Assembly: GCF_006345805.1 (NCBI RefSeq)
Contig: NW_021833802.1
Span: 1-54,399, forward strand
Source of the DNA: Octopus sinensis
Lineage: Eukaryota
Length of the DNA: 54,399 nucleotides
Direction: 5' to 3'
Below, in pieces: positions 52,290 through 54,399 of this stretch. The translations under genes and the position numbers were made by a program. The first letter of the stretch is position 1. Each line of letters opens with the position of its first letter. Below the pieces are notes generated by a model that saw only the letters and a program-made list of their open reading frames with translations, was not told the origin of the DNA and searched no databases.

Positions 52290-53640
52290 AACGGGAAGCT
52301 TTATGAAAATAAACAAAGAAGAAGGCAGGTGGAGTACAAACAAACAATTGTATTAGTATGGCGAATCAGGAATATAATAAAACAAGTCTTTTACGTTCGA
52401 GCCGACGCTCTTCAACAGAAAGGTACACAGAAAGAAAACACGGAGAGAAAAAGAAGGAGAAAAAATGCGTGCAGAAGCTAGCGATTCAACATGGCGATCT
52501 GATTCCGGCCAGAAGTCAGAGATCAGACGTGAGAGCGAAAGTAGGGGAGATAACAGGGTCAAATGACTTCGCCTCAACATAAGGGTGCGTGGTGTATGAG
52601 AGAGTATGTGTGCGTATGAAAGGTCTGGACGTGTGTAGTTATGTATGATGTGATGTGTAATGTCGTATTGTGTAGTGTAGAGAGAGGAGATGATGGGGAG
52701 AGAGGAGGAGAAGGGAAGAGAGATGGGGGAGGAGATGGGGTAAGAGGGGGAGAAGGAAAGAGAAGTGGAGAGAGGAGGGAGGAGGGAGAAGAGAAAAGGT
52801 GAGAGTGAGGAAGGTGAGATGAGGGTGAAGGGGAGAGGGGGAGAATGAAAGAGGAGAAGAGGAGGGAGGAGGGGGAGAAGGGGGAGAAGGAAGGAGAGGA
52901 GAAAGGAGGGGGAGGGGAGGGGAGAGAGAATGGAGTGAAGGGTGGAGCAGAGAGAAAGAGAGAAGGGGAAGAGGGAAGAAGAAAGAGGAAAAAAGAGGAG
53001 GGAAGAAGGAAATAGGAGGGTAAAGAGAGTAGGGGTGAAAAGATGAAGGACTGAAAAGAAGTAGGAGTCGGGGGAGGCCTAGATGAGGAGGGGAGAGAGT
53101 TGAGACCAAATGGCGTAAAGAGCGAACGAAGGAGAAGATTAATTCCTGTTCACGGCGCAAACGGGAATCCCGATGGCCTCTGGCAAGGACAAACCGAACA
53201 CAGACAGGTGTTGCAAGGAGTGACCGGTGGAGCGAAATGGCGGTGAGACCGGTGTGTCGTTGGCAAGACGGATGTCACGGAGGGTTCCGCGAACCGGTCA
53301 GCCAAGCGGCGTTCCGTTTGTCCGATGTACAGGGAATGGGAGAGAGAGCAAGAGATTCAATAGATGATATTGTTGGAGGTGAAGGTGAAGGAGTTGATGA
53401 TGCAATAGGGTCGATGATGGGTGCCAATAGGGTCGATGATGGGTGGTGTTGGAGAGGTAGGGCAAGTGCGGCAACGGAGGTGGGCGGGAGCAGGGGAACG
53501 AGCCAGGTTGGGCCGGGTGGGGTCAAGGAAGGAGCTGTGGACAAAAGGTCTCGTAGGTTATGGGCTCTCGTTTGAAGAGGGGAGGGGTCGGTTAGGGAAG
53601 ATGTGTGAAGTGGCGGGTCGGACTGAGATGCCGCCGGAAA
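52290..53640 (-). mobile_element. Neptune-like PLE 3' fragment: GIY-YIG remnant, CT-rich tract and hammerhead-bearing 3' end
   Basis: RAHNLRDLL, RCRTCP, NIIY*ISC...LYIGQTERRLADRFAE, EQELIF, GLN. Purine/pyrimidine microsatellite at 52680-53070. Confidence 0.8.
52387..52422 (-). ncRNA. Degenerate variant hammerhead (same family as 23256)
   Basis: CUUU-CUGUUGA-A-GAGC gucg GCUC-GAA-CG-UA-AAAGA. One A is missing from GAAA, which may be a consensus error. Confidence 0.5.
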
Positions 53641-53722
53641 GCTCGAAGAATGGTGTTTGGAGAATACATAATTATTACATACAAGTGCGTGCTTCTGTGT
53701 TTCACACACACCACACAGACAC

Positions 53723-53809
<87 letters not shown>

Positions 53810-53826
53810 TATATATAAGTAGATGA

Positions 53827-54335
53827 TGAATTATCCTAGTATGGATAATTCGGTTAACCGATACCCGGGTAGCAAATTTACGTCAGAAAAACACGTTTGA
53901 AGTTACATGCCAAGGGCAGAGATCACGTGATTTCGGGTGGAAATTTGTGTGTTTTTTTTAATACAAATAAATGAAAGAATGAAGTTGAACGACGATTTAG
54001 CAAAATTCCTTATTCTCGACAATGTTTCGAAGACTGCATATTCCTAATTTCGAAGGAATAAGGGGTGAATTATGCCGCCTTCTCATCAGGAAAGACAAGG
54101 AACTTATGTCAGCATCATGATGAACAAAAACTTTTAGATGACTGCCCACACGGTGTCCATAGCGATAATTAGTGTCTCTTTAAAATATTCCGTTATTATT
54201 TAAAAATCACACAAATTTCCACACGAAAGCACGTGATCTCTGCCCTTGGCATGTAGCTTCAACCGTGTTTTCTGACGTGAATTTGCTACCCGGGTTTATC
54301 GGTTTTAACCGAATTATCCATACTAGGATAATTCA
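53827..54335 (-). mobile_element. Short PLE-derived hammerhead element with ~130-bp terminal inverted repeats
   Basis: Arms about 53827-53960 and 54200-54335. Body homologous to 36215-36570. Hammerhead at 54012-54093 (CUGAUGA...GAAA-CAUUG-UC). Confidence 0.8.
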
Positions 54336-54399
54336 TTCAACGACTTAAATATTCATATACAGTCTCCTTGAGATCGTGCTACCTTAACCGATACCGCAA

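Overview
This 54.4 kb window is eukaryotic and AT-rich, and almost all of it is repeats and transposon debris. The SINE, RTE and microsatellite families look like those of Octopus; that is recognition from memory, not a database result. I found no supportable host exon. Contents: (1) RTE-clade LINEs, including a copy with a 5' template-jump duplication, a PHD-type finger and a 7-unit 3'UTR array; (2) a 12.6 kb ACC/ATC/ACA satellite with a 5.29 kb higher-order tandem duplication; (3) a full-length decayed mariner with TA target duplication, plus mariner remnants; (4) a near-complete L1/Tx1 LINE and a CR1 fragment; (5) a 5'-truncated Helitron and a mini-Helitron carrying foreign DNA; (6) a hAT-like MITE; (7) Penelope-like elements (PLEs) of at least two lineages. 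The main hidden signal is about 15 minimal type-I hammerhead ribozyme motifs. Three or four have intact cores, each family has its own self-complementary stem III, and the best-preserved ones are all on the minus strand. A 7.8 kb nested inverted-repeat structure (41362-49154) surrounds a Naiad-like PLE. Many single-base indels suggest noisy long-read consensus, so individual frameshifts may be artefacts.
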